64,000 nt of DNA, taken from the NCBI GenBank assembly GCA_965203055.1, contig OZ241863.1:4257813-4321812 (forward strand). The letters run 5' to 3'. This document shows, piece after piece, positions 44,182-54,117 of this stretch. Position numbers and translations under genes: made by a program. The DNA is from Spirochaetia bacterium (lineage in GTDB: Bacteria; Spirochaetota; Spirochaetia; SZUA-6; Bin103). The notes beneath the pieces were generated by a model. The model was not told the origin of the DNA, did no database searches, and saw only the letters and a list, made by a program, of their open reading frames with translations. Within the stretch, counting starts at the first letter, position 1; every line of letters starts with the position of its first letter.

Positions 44182-46338
44182 ATGGGAGCAGACGAGTTGC
44201 CGGCGCCGGCGCTGCCGGCGGACTATGCCGAGCGGGTCTACGCCGGGGTGCTCGGCAAGATCATCGGCGTCTACCTCGGGCGCCCGATCGAGGGTTGGCT
44301 GCACGAACGGATCGAGGCGGAGCTGGGGGAGATCACCGGTTACGTGCACGAGCGCCTCGGCCGGCCCCTGGTCGTGCCGGACGACGACATATCCGGCACC
44401 TTCATCTTCATCCGCGCCCTGGAAGACGAAGCGGGCGGCCGGGAGATTACCCCGGCGGCGATCGGCCGCGCCTGGTTGAACTATCTGATCGAGGAACGCA
44501 CGGTGCTGTGGTGGGGCGGCTTCGGCAACGCCACCGCCCACACCGCGTATCTGCGCCTCAAGCGGGGGCTGGAGCCACCGGCGAGCGGCGCCGCGGCGAC
44601 CAACGGGCAGGTAGTCGCGGAGCAGATCGCGGCCCAGATCTTCGTCGATAGCTGGGCGCTGGCGGCGCCCGGCGACCCGGAGCTGGCGGCCGATCTGGCG
44701 CGCCGCGCGGCCTGCGTCTCCTCCGACGGCGCCGCGGTCCACGGCGCCCAGGTAGTGGCGGCAATGGAGGCGGCGGCGTTCACCGAGCCCGACGTCGAGC
44801 GCCTGCTGGACACGGCGCTGGCCCTCATTCCCGGCGACTCGATCATTGCCCGCCTGATCCACGACGTGCGCGAGTGGCACCAGGCCGACGGCGGTGACCG
44901 CTGGCGGGACACCTTCCGCCGCATCCGCGAGCGCTACGGCTACGACCGCTACGGCGGCAACTGCCACGTGGTGCCCAACCACGCGCTGGTCATCCTGGCG
45001 CTCCTGGCCGGCGCCGGCGACTTCGACCGGTCGTTGCTGATCGCCAACACCGCCGGCTGGGACACCGACTGCAACTCCGGCACGGTGGGCTGCCTGCTGG
45101 GGGTGCGCGGCGGCCTGGCGGCGATCGGCGAACGCTGGCGCGCGCCGGTGGCGGACCGCCTCTACCTGCCGAGCGCCGACGCCGGCGGGGTGGTCACCGA
45201 CGCCACCCGGGTGGCGGACCGCCTGGCGGCCCTCGGTCACCGCCTTGCCGGGACGGCGCCGCCGGACCGCGCCGCCCGCAAGGGAGGAGCGCGCTTCCAC
45301 TTCGAGTACCCCGGTTCGCTGCAGGGGTTTCGAGTGACCTCGGGCGCCGGAGTGGTGGTGGAAAACGTGGCCGGCCACAGCGCCGGCGGAACCCGCTCGC
45401 TGGCGCTGCGCCTGCCCGCCCGCGGCGCCGGCGCGCAGGTGCGGGTGACGACGCCGACCTTCTTTCCGCTCACCGCGCAGCTCGGCGGCGGCTACGGCCT
45501 GCACGGCTCGCCGGCGCTGCACCCCGGCCAGCGGCTGCGGTACGCGGTCAGCGCCGACGCCGGCAACCGGGAAGCGCTGCGCCTTGCGCCGGTAACCGAG
45601 GCCGCTACCGAGCAGGGCGTCCGCCACCTGCCGGGACCGCCCCTCACGCTCGCTCCGGGCGCATCCGCCGACGCCGCCTGGGTGGTGCCGGAAACCGGCG
45701 GCGACCCGCTCGCGGAGGTGGGTCTGCAATTCACCGGTCCCGGCGCCGGCGGCACCGTGTACCTCGACTACCTGGGGTGGGACGGCGTGCCATGCGCCCG
45801 GCTCGGCCGACCCGGCGGCGCACCTGCGGCCGGCGGGCGCCCGCTCACGCGCGAGCAACCTTGGCGCCGCGCCTGGGCCGACGGCGTCGACCAGTTCGAG
45901 AATCGCGCGCGGGCGGAGGATTTTCGCCTGCTTCAGAACCGCGGCACGGGCCTGCTGATCCGCGGCGACCGCGAGTGGCGGGACTACGCGTTCGCCGCCA
46001 CCGTGCGGATTCACATGGCCCGCGCCGGCGGCATCGGCGTCCGCGTCCAGGGGATGCGGCGCTACTACGCGCTGCTGGTCACCGGCAGCGGCCTGGTGCG
46101 GCTGGTACGCCGCCGGCACCAGGAAGCGGTACTGGCCGAGACCCGGTTGCGCGGCCGTCCCGACCAGCCGCACCGCCTGATCCTGGCGGTGCGCGGCACC
46201 ACGCTCACCGGCTGCGTCGACGGCGAGACGGTGTGTTCGGCCTCCGACTCGATGCTCGACGGCGGTGCGGTAGCGCTGCTGTGCGAGGAGGGCCGCGTGG
46301 AGGTGAGTGACGTCAAGATCGGCCCCGAACCGCCCTAG
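44182..46338 (+). CDS. ADP-ribosylglycohydrolase family protein with a ~390-aa C-terminal extension
   Basis: GVLGKIIGVYLGRPIEGW, DDDISGT, and the hallmark GWDTDCNSGTVGCLLG. The C-terminal part ends in a beta-rich LamG/DUF1080-like region (inference). Confidence 0.75.
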   Translation: MGADELPAPALPADYAERVYAGVLGKIIGVYLGRPIEGWLHERIEAELGEITGYVHERLGRPLVVPDDDISGTFIFIRALEDEAGGREITPAAIGRAWLNYLIEERTVLWWGGFGNATAHTAYLRLKRGLEPPASGAAATNGQVVAEQIAAQIFVDSWALAAPGDPELAADLARRAACVSSDGAAVHGAQVVAAMEAAAFTEPDVERLLDTALALIPGDSIIARLIHDVREWHQADGGDRWRDTFRRIRERYGYDRYGGNCHVVPNHALVILALLAGAGDFDRSLLIANTAGWDTDCNSGTVGCLLGVRGGLAAIGERWRAPVADRLYLPSADAGGVVTDATRVADRLAALGHRLAGTAPPDRAARKGGARFHFEYPGSLQGFRVTSGAGVVVENVAGHSAGGTRSLALRLPARGAGAQVRVTTPTFFPLTAQLGGGYGLHGSPALHPGQRLRYAVSADAGNREALRLAPVTEAATEQGVRHLPGPPLTLAPGASADAAWVVPETGGDPLAEVGLQFTGPGAGGTVYLDYLGWDGVPCARLGRPGGAPAAGGRPLTREQPWRRAWADGVDQFENRARAEDFRLLQNRGTGLLIRGDREWRDYAFAATVRIHMARAGGIGVRVQGMRRYYALLVTGSGLVRLVRRRHQEAVLAETRLRGRPDQPHRLILAVRGTTLTGCVDGETVCSASDSMLDGGAVALLCEEGRVEVSDVKIGPEPP

Positions 46339-46382
46339 CGCGGCAGTTCGGGGCCGGGATCGTTAGCCGGGTTGCGGCGCCT

Positions 46383-47225
46383 CTACATCGCCTGGTTGGA
46401 TTCCGGCGCCTCGAAGTCCGGGGCCGGCTCCGCGCCGTGGCGGCGGTCGAAGCGCTTCTTCAGCCCGTCGAACATGCCGCGCAGCTTGTCCATGTCGTCG
46501 GCGTCGAACCACGGCACCGGCTGGTAGCGCACGCCGAGCATTGCGCCGCCGGTTTCCGGGTGCTCGCCCAGGTTCACGGTAGCGGTCATCGGTTCGCCGT
46601 CGCGCTCATATTCCACGCTTATGTCGTCGCCCGGGTCGTAACTGCCAATGAGGTCCGCCAGCCCGGACTCGCCGATCTCTTCGCCGTCGACCGCGGTGAT
46701 CCAGTCTCCCTTCTGCAGTCCGGCAGCCGCGGCGGGACCATCCTCGACCACCTCCATCACCTTCGCCCCGGACATGCCGGCCATCTTGTCGCCGAACCGG
46801 AACATCCACGCTCGGGGCATCCGGTCCATCCGTTCCATCCGGTCCATTCGACCCATCCGGCCCCGGCGGTCGAAGTCGTCATGCCGGGCGCCCGCGCCGA
46901 GCACCACCAGCCCCAGCCGGGGATGGCCCCAGACACGCGCGATCGATACGGAAAGGTCGCGTACCTCGTCGCCGTGCTTGACGGTGAGGCTGACCTGCGG
47001 CTGCTCGGTGTCCGCCAGGGCCTCCATCAGGTCGCGCCCGGCGGCCACCGGCTGCCCGTCGATGCTGAGAATCAGGTCGCCGCGCTCGATACCGGCGGCA
47101 GCCGCCGGACCGTCAGGATCGACGGCCGTTACCAGAATGCCGTCCTGCTCGTGCTGATCGGCCGCCAGCGGCAACCCGACCGCCAGCAACAAGACCGCAG
47201 CACCCGCTCGAATCATGGTCTTCAT
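46383..47225 (-). CDS. Secreted protein with two PDZ domains
   Basis: Signal peptide MKTMIRAGAAVLLLAV. GILVTAVDPDGPAAAAGIERGDLILSIDG and GAKVMEVVEDGPAAAAGLQKGDWITAVDG. Confidence 0.8.
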   Translation of the reverse strand: MKTMIRAGAAVLLLAVGLPLAADQHEQDGILVTAVDPDGPAAAAGIERGDLILSIDGQPVAAGRDLMEALADTEQPQVSLTVKHGDEVRDLSVSIARVWGHPRLGLVVLGAGARHDDFDRRGRMGRMDRMERMDRMPRAWMFRFGDKMAGMSGAKVMEVVEDGPAAAAGLQKGDWITAVDGEEIGESGLADLIGSYDPGDDISVEYERDGEPMTATVNLGEHPETGGAMLGVRYQPVPWFDADDMDKLRGMFDGLKKRFDRRHGAEPAPDFEAPESNQAM

Positions 47226-47304
47226 TTGGAAACCTCCATGAAGCGTTGATGCAAAGGAAGCTACCGCACCGGTTTTGCAAGCCGGTTAGCGGGCCGTTAG
47301 GGTT

Positions 47305-47332
47305 TCTTTATAAACGGCGGCCGGACGCCGCC
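47305..47332 (-). terminator. Candidate intrinsic terminator after the OMP gene
   Basis: On the minus strand, GGCGGC-GTCCG-GCCGCC followed by GTTTATAAAG, ~20 nt after the stop at 47354. Confidence 0.4.
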
Positions 47333-47353
47333 AGACCGGACGCCCGGGCGCGG

Positions 47354-48865
47354 TCAGAAGCTGCCGACGCCCAGGGCGGCGCCCAGGGTGAACGCGACGA
47401 ACTCGCGGTACTCGGTGGCGCCGGTGCCGTAGCCAACTCTGGCACCGGCGGAAAGCCGGGCATATTCCAGCACCTGGTAGCTGAGCAGGGGCCGCACGAT
47501 CCCGGAGCCGTCGCTCAGATTGGCCAGCCAGAACAGGGATGCGTCGAAGTCGCTGTCGGCGATGCCGTTCCAGGCGGCGCTGGCGCCGGCGTAGTGGTTG
47601 CCGAAGAACAGCAGGTCCACCGCTTCCGGCTTCGGCCCGGTGCGCGGCGGGCCGGCTCCGGCGGACGCGTTCAGCGCCTCGCGGGCGGGCCCGAGGGCAG
47701 CGCTGTCCGGGTAGCCAAGCGGATTGTAGTAGTACTGCGCGGCCAGCACGACGTTGGGATCGGAGGAGCGGTAGGAGGCGCCGGCGGTGGCCGCCGGAAA
47801 CCATTCATCGGCGCGCGCGGCGCGGCCGGTCACCAGCAACCTGCCGGCGGCGTCCAGTTCGATCCGGTTGCGCTCGGTGCCGCGCTGAATCACCAGTTCC
47901 CCGAACAGGTCGAACTCTCCGGCCGCGCCGGTGGCGGTCGCGAATGCCTTGGGCACCAGGTCGGCCTGGATCATCCCGCCGGCGCCCAACTCCACCCCTT
48001 CGATCACCAGTTCCGCGCGCGCGCCGGCGGCCACGTCCAGCGGGTCGCGGTAGTCGCCGGTAATCAGGTAAAGGTAGGCGTTGTGCACCGCGATGGGGGC
48101 GTGCACCTTCAGGGCCACCGGCCCCTCTCGTTCCGCCTCCGGGTCGAGCGGGTCGATCGTCACCAGACTCATCAGGTCGGCCGGGCTGAAGAACCGGCCC
48201 ACGCCCCAGTCGGCGCGCTGCTTGCCGGCGCGGAAGAAGATCCGCTCCTCCCAGTGGAAGTCGGCGAACAGCTCGAACATGGTGAAGTTGAACCGGCCGG
48301 CGGCACTTGCGCCCGCGCCGGCCTGGCCCGCCGGGGCGGCCTCGCCGGCCGCAGCGCCCGCGGGAGCGCCGGGAACCGGCAGCGCGTAGTCGATCTTGGC
48401 CTTGCCGAACACCCGGAAGTCGCTGTTGGGACGGGCATCGAAGTACAACTGCGCGGCCAGGTCGTGGCGCAGCGCCCGCTCGGCGGCGCGCTCGCCGCGC
48501 AGCGCCGCGGACATCGCGTCGTAGCTGGGAAAGCTGAGCTCGACCTCCGGCGCGTAACGGAACGACCCGCCCCAGTCGACGCCGGCAGAGGTCAGCAGCG
48601 CCTGATCCGGCGCGGCCGCGGCTCCGGCGCCGCCGGCCGCGGCCTCGATCTCGAACAGCGCGTCCGGATCACCGGCCCCGGCACCGTCCGCGGCGGCGTC
48701 GCCGCCCTCCTCCCCCGGCTGCTCCTCGATCATCTCGGCGTCGAACAGGGCATCGAGGCTGTCGCCGCCGTTGCCGCCAGCGGCGTCGCTCTGGCCCCAC
48801 GCGGCCGCCGCCAACAACGCCAGCGCCAGCGCGACCGCGGGCGCGCGGCGGCTTCGATTCATCAA
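47354..48865 (-). CDS. Putative outer-membrane beta-barrel protein
   Basis: Signal peptide, alternating beta-strand-like pattern, and a C-terminal ...LGVGSF ending in Phe. Last gene of the ABC/FtsX/LolA-like operon. Confidence 0.55.
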   Translation of the reverse strand: MMNRSRRAPAVALALALLAAAAWGQSDAAGGNGGDSLDALFDAEMIEEQPGEEGGDAAADGAGAGDPDALFEIEAAAGGAGAAAAPDQALLTSAGVDWGGSFRYAPEVELSFPSYDAMSAALRGERAAERALRHDLAAQLYFDARPNSDFRVFGKAKIDYALPVPGAPAGAAAGEAAPAGQAGAGASAAGRFNFTMFELFADFHWEERIFFRAGKQRADWGVGRFFSPADLMSLVTIDPLDPEAEREGPVALKVHAPIAVHNAYLYLITGDYRDPLDVAAGARAELVIEGVELGAGGMIQADLVPKAFATATGAAGEFDLFGELVIQRGTERNRIELDAAGRLLVTGRAARADEWFPAATAGASYRSSDPNVVLAAQYYYNPLGYPDSAALGPAREALNASAGAGPPRTGPKPEAVDLLFFGNHYAGASAAWNGIADSDFDASLFWLANLSDGSGIVRPLLSYQVLEYARLSAGARVGYGTGATEYREFVAFTLGAALGVGSF

Positions 48866-49665
48866 CGGTTCACCCGCTCCAGGTAGCTCTTGCTGAACAC
48901 CGAGTCGGGCAACTGCGCCAACGAAGTGTTGGCCATCGTCACCTGGGTGCGCTCGCCCTCCTTCAGCTCATCCACGAACAACATCTGCGAAGGCAGGAAG
49001 CGGTCCTCCACGCGCACGTACTTGGGGAAGTAGTCGCTGCGCATCAGCCTCCCCGACAGGCTGAAGTTCTGCGCCTTGAGCACCAGCTCGTTGTCGCGCC
49101 GCACCCACAGCTTCTGGCGCGGAAAGGCAACCTCGTTGTGGCGCGCGCTGAGTTCCAGGACGTATACGTCGTAGCGGCCGAGCCGCCCTTCGGCGGCCGA
49201 CTCCACGACGTAGTCTTCCGCCAGCGAGGATTCGTTCAGGTCGCCGTTGCGCGCCTCGGAGTCCTGCAGGTTCTCGCGCATGGAAGAGTGAGAGAACTTG
49301 CGGCTGTCCGGGTCGTAGAACCACAGGTTGTCGTCCACCTGCAAGTAGCCCTGGCCGCGCTGCACGTCCGGCTCCAGGAATACGATCACGAACTTGTCCT
49401 CGGCGTCGCGGCGGAACATCTGCGCCTTGAGCACGCTGTTCTCCTCGTCCGGCTTCTCGGACACCATCGTGAAGACCGCCGCGAAGTCGGTCGCGTCGAA
49501 GCTGCGCGAGCGATCGATGGCGCGCAGCAGGTCGGTGAAGTCGGTCTCATGCTCGTCTGCCCACCCCAATGCCGGAATCAGCAGCAACGCCGCGGCCAGC
49601 ATGAGCCGCGGCCAAGCCCGCCGGCGCAGGGCGCAGGGGCGCAGGGATCGTCTTGACTCGAACAT
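48862..49665 (-). CDS. Outer membrane lipoprotein-sorting (LolA-like) protein
   Basis: Signal peptide. ...FTMVSEKPDEENSVLKAQMFRR..KFVIVFLEPDVQRGQGYLQVDDNLWFYDPDSRKF. There is a 4-nt overlap with the downstream gene. Confidence 0.7.
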   Translation of the reverse strand: MFESRRSLRPCALRRRAWPRLMLAAALLLIPALGWADEHETDFTDLLRAIDRSRSFDATDFAAVFTMVSEKPDEENSVLKAQMFRRDAEDKFVIVFLEPDVQRGQGYLQVDDNLWFYDPDSRKFSHSSMRENLQDSEARNGDLNESSLAEDYVVESAAEGRLGRYDVYVLELSARHNEVAFPRQKLWVRRDNELVLKAQNFSLSGRLMRSDYFPKYVRVEDRFLPSQMLFVDELKEGERTQVTMANTSLAQLPDSVFSKSYLERVNR

Positions 49666-49760
49666 GAGACCTCCTCAGGGGGCGCCGGATTCACGCCGCC
49701 CGCGGTCAATGTATCCGCCCGCTCCTGCCGCCGGCAAGAAACATTGCCGCCGGCGCGCGC

Positions 49761-51065
49761 CTAGGCGGTAGTGCGCAACGCCGCGGCGGGGTCCTGACGG
49801 GCGGCGCGGTTTGCCGGGAACAGGGCGGCGATCAGGGTAACGGCGACCACCGAGGCCAAGTAGCCGGCCAGAAACCGCGGATCGACCGGGAACGACAGGC
49901 GGCCGTTGTCCAGGAAGAAGAAGAAGGGCGTGTCCGTGCCCCAGTCGATCGACTGCAGCACCAGGCGGCCGACGACGGCCAGCGCCAGGCCGGCCACGGT
50001 GGCGCCGGCCGCCAGCAGCACCGCCTCGGTCAGAAACAAGACCCGCGCCTGCCGGCGCTGCAGACCGAGGGCGCGCATGGTGCCGATCTCGCGGGTGCGT
50101 TCGTACACCACCATGCGGAAGGTGTTGGTGATGCCGATCGCAACGATGAGGAACAGAATGAACGCCACCACCACGCCGATTATCACCAAGGTGCGCGCCA
50201 CGTTGTTGACGCCGGCGAGGAAGTCGTTGATGGTGGAGAGCTGGTAGCGGGTGCCCTCCCACTCGTTCTGCAGCAGCTCGCGGCGCACCTCGCGGAACTC
50301 ATCCTGGCCGGAGACGCGCCGCACCAGGTCCAGCTCCTCCGCCAGCGCCGCGTACAGGCGCCCCGCCTCGGCGTCGACCGCCTCCATGTCCTCCAGCATG
50401 ATGGCCAGGGTGACGTAGGCGTCCGGCGCGACGTCGAGCAGCTCGTTGATGTAGGAGCGGTGGGCGTAGGCGTTGACGCCGCTGAACCCGCCGGCGTCGA
50501 CCGTGGTCGCCGCCAGCAGGAACTCGCCGACGTTCTGCTGCCCGGTGGTGGTCCGCGCCTGCACCAGCATGGTATCTCCTACCGCCACGTCCAGTTGCGC
50601 CGCCACGCTTTCGTTCAGCACCACCGCAGTGCGCTCCGCCAGCACCTGCTCGAACGAGCCGGCGCGCAGCACCAGCCGCTGGCGCAGGGCTTCGGCTGCC
50701 TCCCAGTCCACCCCGACGACCCGCTGAGTCACGCTCTTGCCGGCGAAGATCAGCGCTACCCCCAGCTCGGATTGGCGCGCTATCGAGACGGCCGGCAACT
50801 CGGCCGCGGCGAGGATGCGCTGCAGCGCGGGGTCGTCGCGCACCAAACTCACCAGCCGGCCGCTGGCGCTCTTCTCGTAGCCCTGGATGAACAGATGGCC
50901 GGCGAAGAAATGCGAGACGTTGGCGCGGATGTTGACCACGAAGCCGGTGGCGAACCCGTTCACCAGGGTGATCACCAGCACCCCGAAGGCAATCGCCCCG
51001 CCGAGCAGGAAGCTGCGCTTCTTCTGCCGGTTCAGGTTGCGGGCGGCTACGCGCAGGACCGTCAT
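49761..51065 (-). CDS. ABC transporter permease (FtsX/MacB-like)
   Basis: ATG at 51065 (MTVLRVAARNLNRQKKRS). Has a periplasmic domain and a C-terminal FtsX module with RTREIGTMRALG. Confidence 0.85.
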   Translation of the reverse strand: MTVLRVAARNLNRQKKRSFLLGGAIAFGVLVITLVNGFATGFVVNIRANVSHFFAGHLFIQGYEKSASGRLVSLVRDDPALQRILAAAELPAVSIARQSELGVALIFAGKSVTQRVVGVDWEAAEALRQRLVLRAGSFEQVLAERTAVVLNESVAAQLDVAVGDTMLVQARTTTGQQNVGEFLLAATTVDAGGFSGVNAYAHRSYINELLDVAPDAYVTLAIMLEDMEAVDAEAGRLYAALAEELDLVRRVSGQDEFREVRRELLQNEWEGTRYQLSTINDFLAGVNNVARTLVIIGVVVAFILFLIVAIGITNTFRMVVYERTREIGTMRALGLQRRQARVLFLTEAVLLAAGATVAGLALAVVGRLVLQSIDWGTDTPFFFFLDNGRLSFPVDPRFLAGYLASVVAVTLIAALFPANRAARQDPAAALRTTA

Positions 51066-51079
51066 GGCTGGCCTCCCTC

Positions 51080-52603
51080 CTACTCGGTCTGCACCGCGCG
51101 CACCGGCTGCACGCGCAGCGCCACCATCACCGGGTAGACGCTCGACAGCAGGCCGATCGCGGTCATGATTCCCAGCGAGATGGCGACCGAAAGCGCCGAC
51201 AACGCCGGCTCCAGCAGCTCGCCGCCGAACAGAACGTTCAGGAAGTCGTTGCTGGCGCGGATGCCGGTCCATCCCAGTACGGCCACGATCGCCGCCCCCA
51301 GCACGATGCCGACGATGCCGAACAGCCACGAGATGCACAGCGTCTCCACCAGGAACATACGCCGCACGAACGGCTTGCGGGCGCCGAGGGCGCGCATGGT
51401 GCCGATCTCGGAGGTGCGCTCGATTACCGAGATCACCAGCGTGTTCATGATGATGATCACCGAGACCACGGCGATCACCACCACGGTGACGTTGAATATC
51501 GTCTGCATCAACGCCGCCAGGCGGCTGAAGCCGCCGGCCGCGGCGCGCCAGTCGGCCGCCGCGGCGGCGATGTCCTGCGCCGCGAAGTAGCCGTTCAGCT
51601 CGTCGATCAACCGCTGCGCCCGGGCCTGCTCCGAGCCCGCCCCCGGCGCCAGCTTGAGCAGCAGGAAGTGCCAGGCGCCGGCGTCCACCACCGGCGGCGT
51701 GCGCCCGCGCTCGCCGAGGATCTCGAACACGCTCTCCTCGTCGAGCGCCGCGCCGGGCTCCGCCGCGGACGGCGCATTCTCCGCGCCGCCGCCGGCATCC
51801 GCCACCAGCTCATCCTCCTCCGCCCCGAACAGCGCGTCCAGATCGTCGGCGGCGAGGATCTCGGTCTCCTGCGCGGACAGCTCGATCGGACCGCTGCTGA
51901 TCACCAGGCCGGCCAGCGCGCGCAACGTCTGGGCGTCCACGAACGCGACCTGATCGAGACCCTCGATCTCCTGCCGGAAGCGAAAGATGCCGCTGATGGT
52001 CAACTCCCGGATGCGCAGCCCGCCGCCGCCGCCGCTGGCAGTGACCAGCAGCGGATCGCCGGGCTGCGGGCGGACTCCGAGCTGCTCGCCCATCTCCTTG
52101 GCCATCTCCTCCGGCAGCATCACTCCGGCCTCGTCGGCCGGCCCGAGCCGCTCGCCGGCCAGCAGCTCGATGCTGTCGGGAAACAGCGCGCCGTAGCTGG
52201 CCATGTCGACCCCGAACAACGTGAGGAAGAACTCCTCGTTCTGCTCCTCGTCGGCGTAGGCGATGACGAACCCGGCGGTGAGCTGCGGGGCGACGGCCGC
52301 CACCTCCGGCAGCGCCGTTACGTGGGCAAACACCTCCCGGTAGCTGCCGATGCGCGGGATCTCGGCATTGGACACCGTGGAGAAGCCGAACAGCGAGAGC
52401 GTCTGCTCGGTGCGCCCGTGGATCATCACGTGACCGGTGTAGTTGTCGACGAACGAGCGGCGCAGGCCGCGGGTAATGGTCTCGGCCAGCGAGTTGCCCA
52501 CGACCACCAGCGCGATCCCGAACGCGATGATGACGCCGATGATCAGGGTCTTGGCGCGGTGCTCCCGCAGGTTGCGCAGCGCGATGCGCAGGATGACCGG
52601 CAC
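51080..52603 (-). CDS. ABC transporter permease (FtsX/MacB-like)
   Basis: MPVILRIALRNLREHRAK..., ...ERTSEIGTMRALGA. Confidence 0.85.
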   Translation of the reverse strand: MPVILRIALRNLREHRAKTLIIGVIIAFGIALVVVGNSLAETITRGLRRSFVDNYTGHVMIHGRTEQTLSLFGFSTVSNAEIPRIGSYREVFAHVTALPEVAAVAPQLTAGFVIAYADEEQNEEFFLTLFGVDMASYGALFPDSIELLAGERLGPADEAGVMLPEEMAKEMGEQLGVRPQPGDPLLVTASGGGGGLRIRELTISGIFRFRQEIEGLDQVAFVDAQTLRALAGLVISSGPIELSAQETEILAADDLDALFGAEEDELVADAGGGAENAPSAAEPGAALDEESVFEILGERGRTPPVVDAGAWHFLLLKLAPGAGSEQARAQRLIDELNGYFAAQDIAAAAADWRAAAGGFSRLAALMQTIFNVTVVVIAVVSVIIIMNTLVISVIERTSEIGTMRALGARKPFVRRMFLVETLCISWLFGIVGIVLGAAIVAVLGWTGIRASNDFLNVLFGGELLEPALSALSVAISLGIMTAIGLLSSVYPVMVALRVQPVRAVQTE

Positions 52604-52608
52604 GGGCG

Positions 52609-53349
52609 CTACCGCGGCGGCGCGCCGGGCGGCTGCGCGCGGGCCGCGGAGGCCTCCTCGGCGCGGCGCTCCTCGGACGCCACCAGGCCGTCCTGGAGGC
52701 GCACCACGTGGTCGGCGATGGAGACGATGTCGTGGTCATGGGTGGAGAAGATGAAGGTGGAGCCGCGCTCGGCATTGATCCGCTTCATCAACTCGATGAT
52801 CTGCTGGCTGGTCTTGGAGTCGAGGTTGGCGGTGGGCTCGTCCGCCAGCACGATGGAGGGATGGGTGACCAGCGCGCGGGCAATGGCCACGCGCTGGCGC
52901 TGGCCGCCGGACAGCTCGTTGGGGCGGTGGCGGAGGTGGTCGGCGAGCCCTACCTGTTCGATCAGCTCCTCCACGCGGCGCCGCTTCTCGACCTTGTCCA
53001 GGCTGCTCTTGCCGAGCAGCAGCGGGAACTCGACGTTCTCGTACACGTTGAGCACCGGCACTAGGTTGAACGACTGGAAGATGAAGCCGATGTGGGCGTG
53101 GCGCAGGGTGGTCAGGTCGCGGTCCTTGAGGGTGCCGGTGGCTTGGCCGTCCACCGTCACGGTCCCGGCGGTGGGGGTATCGATGCACCCGATCAGGTTG
53201 AGGATCGTGGTCTTGCCGGAGCCGGACGGCCCGGCGATGGAGATGAACTCGCCGCGCTCGATCGACAACGTGACGCCGCGCACCGCCGGCACCGTGACCT
53301 TGCCCAGGGCGTAGTCCTTGGTAACGTCTGCGAGCTGCACGATTGCCAT
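52609..53349 (-). CDS. ABC transporter ATP-binding protein (LolD/MacB-type)
   Basis: GPSGSGKTT, LSGGQRQRVAIARAL, VLADEPTANLD. Confidence 0.9.
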   Translation of the reverse strand: MAIVQLADVTKDYALGKVTVPAVRGVTLSIERGEFISIAGPSGSGKTTILNLIGCIDTPTAGTVTVDGQATGTLKDRDLTTLRHAHIGFIFQSFNLVPVLNVYENVEFPLLLGKSSLDKVEKRRRVEELIEQVGLADHLRHRPNELSGGQRQRVAIARALVTHPSIVLADEPTANLDSKTSQQIIELMKRINAERGSTFIFSTHDHDIVSIADHVVRLQDGLVASEERRAEEASAARAQPPGAPPR

Positions 53350-53418
53350 TCGGCTCCCAATATACCGCTTGCGCGGTATCGACGGCGAATCCGCGTCAGC
53401 CGGCGCCGCGCGTCGCAG

Positions 53419-53823
53419 TTACTGCCGCACGTACTTGAGCCACTGCGCCTTGGCCGCTTCCAGTTGCTCCATCAACACCCGCCGCGAATGATCGTCGGCA
53501 AACACCGGCGCCCGCGAGAAGTAGCGCAGCAGGTCGTCGATGCGCTTGATGGAGTTGCGTTTCGCGCGCCGCTCCAGGATCGAGATGCGGCGCCCGCGCT
53601 CGGTCTCGTCCACCTGCTCCAGCTTGCGCACCGCGTCGATCTTCTTGAAGTAGGGCTCGGTCCACTGGTCGGGCACCTGACCGGTGTTGATGATGTATTC
53701 GGCGTTGCGGTGGCGGTCGTACACCACCCGTCCCAGAACCTTGCCGATGATCACCACTCCCCAGCGCAGGCCCAGCACGAACAGGGCGATGAACGCAATG
53801 AACGACACCAGAACCAGCAGCAT
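53419..53823 (-). CDS. Small membrane-anchored hypothetical protein
   Basis: One N-terminal TM segment (LLVLVSFIAFIALFVLGL) and a charged C-terminal domain. Confidence 0.5.
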   Translation of the reverse strand: MLLVLVSFIAFIALFVLGLRWGVVIIGKVLGRVVYDRHRNAEYIINTGQVPDQWTEPYFKKIDAVRKLEQVDETERGRRISILERRAKRNSIKRIDDLLRYFSRAPVFADDHSRRVLMEQLEAAKAQWLKYVRQ

Positions 53824-54117
53824 CTATCCGCACATCATACTGCCCGCCGGCGCGCGCGGCTACATCGTCAGCCCGCCCGCGCCGTAGAACTGCCCCTCGC
53901 GGCTCAGCCGCTCGCACGGACCTTCAGCGGTTCCGCGCCGGTGGCCGAGAGCGCCGCCGGGATCCGTTTGACACCCGATTCGCCCGCGGCCGACACTGTC
54001 CGCCAGTTGCGCCGCGTTGCGCTCGCCGCTTGGTCGGGCGACTGCTACGCCACCTCGCGGGCGTTGGCCGAGCCGCGGCGGCGTCCGTCTCAACTTGCGG
54101 AATGCGTCGAGTGACCT

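Noticed and set aside
53998-54030. Further copy of the GCGTCACTGCC-type repeat motif upstream of the glycosyltransferase gene
   Set aside because: Only a loose match (CCGCCAGTTGCGCCGCGT), which cannot be told apart from chance in GC-rich DNA.
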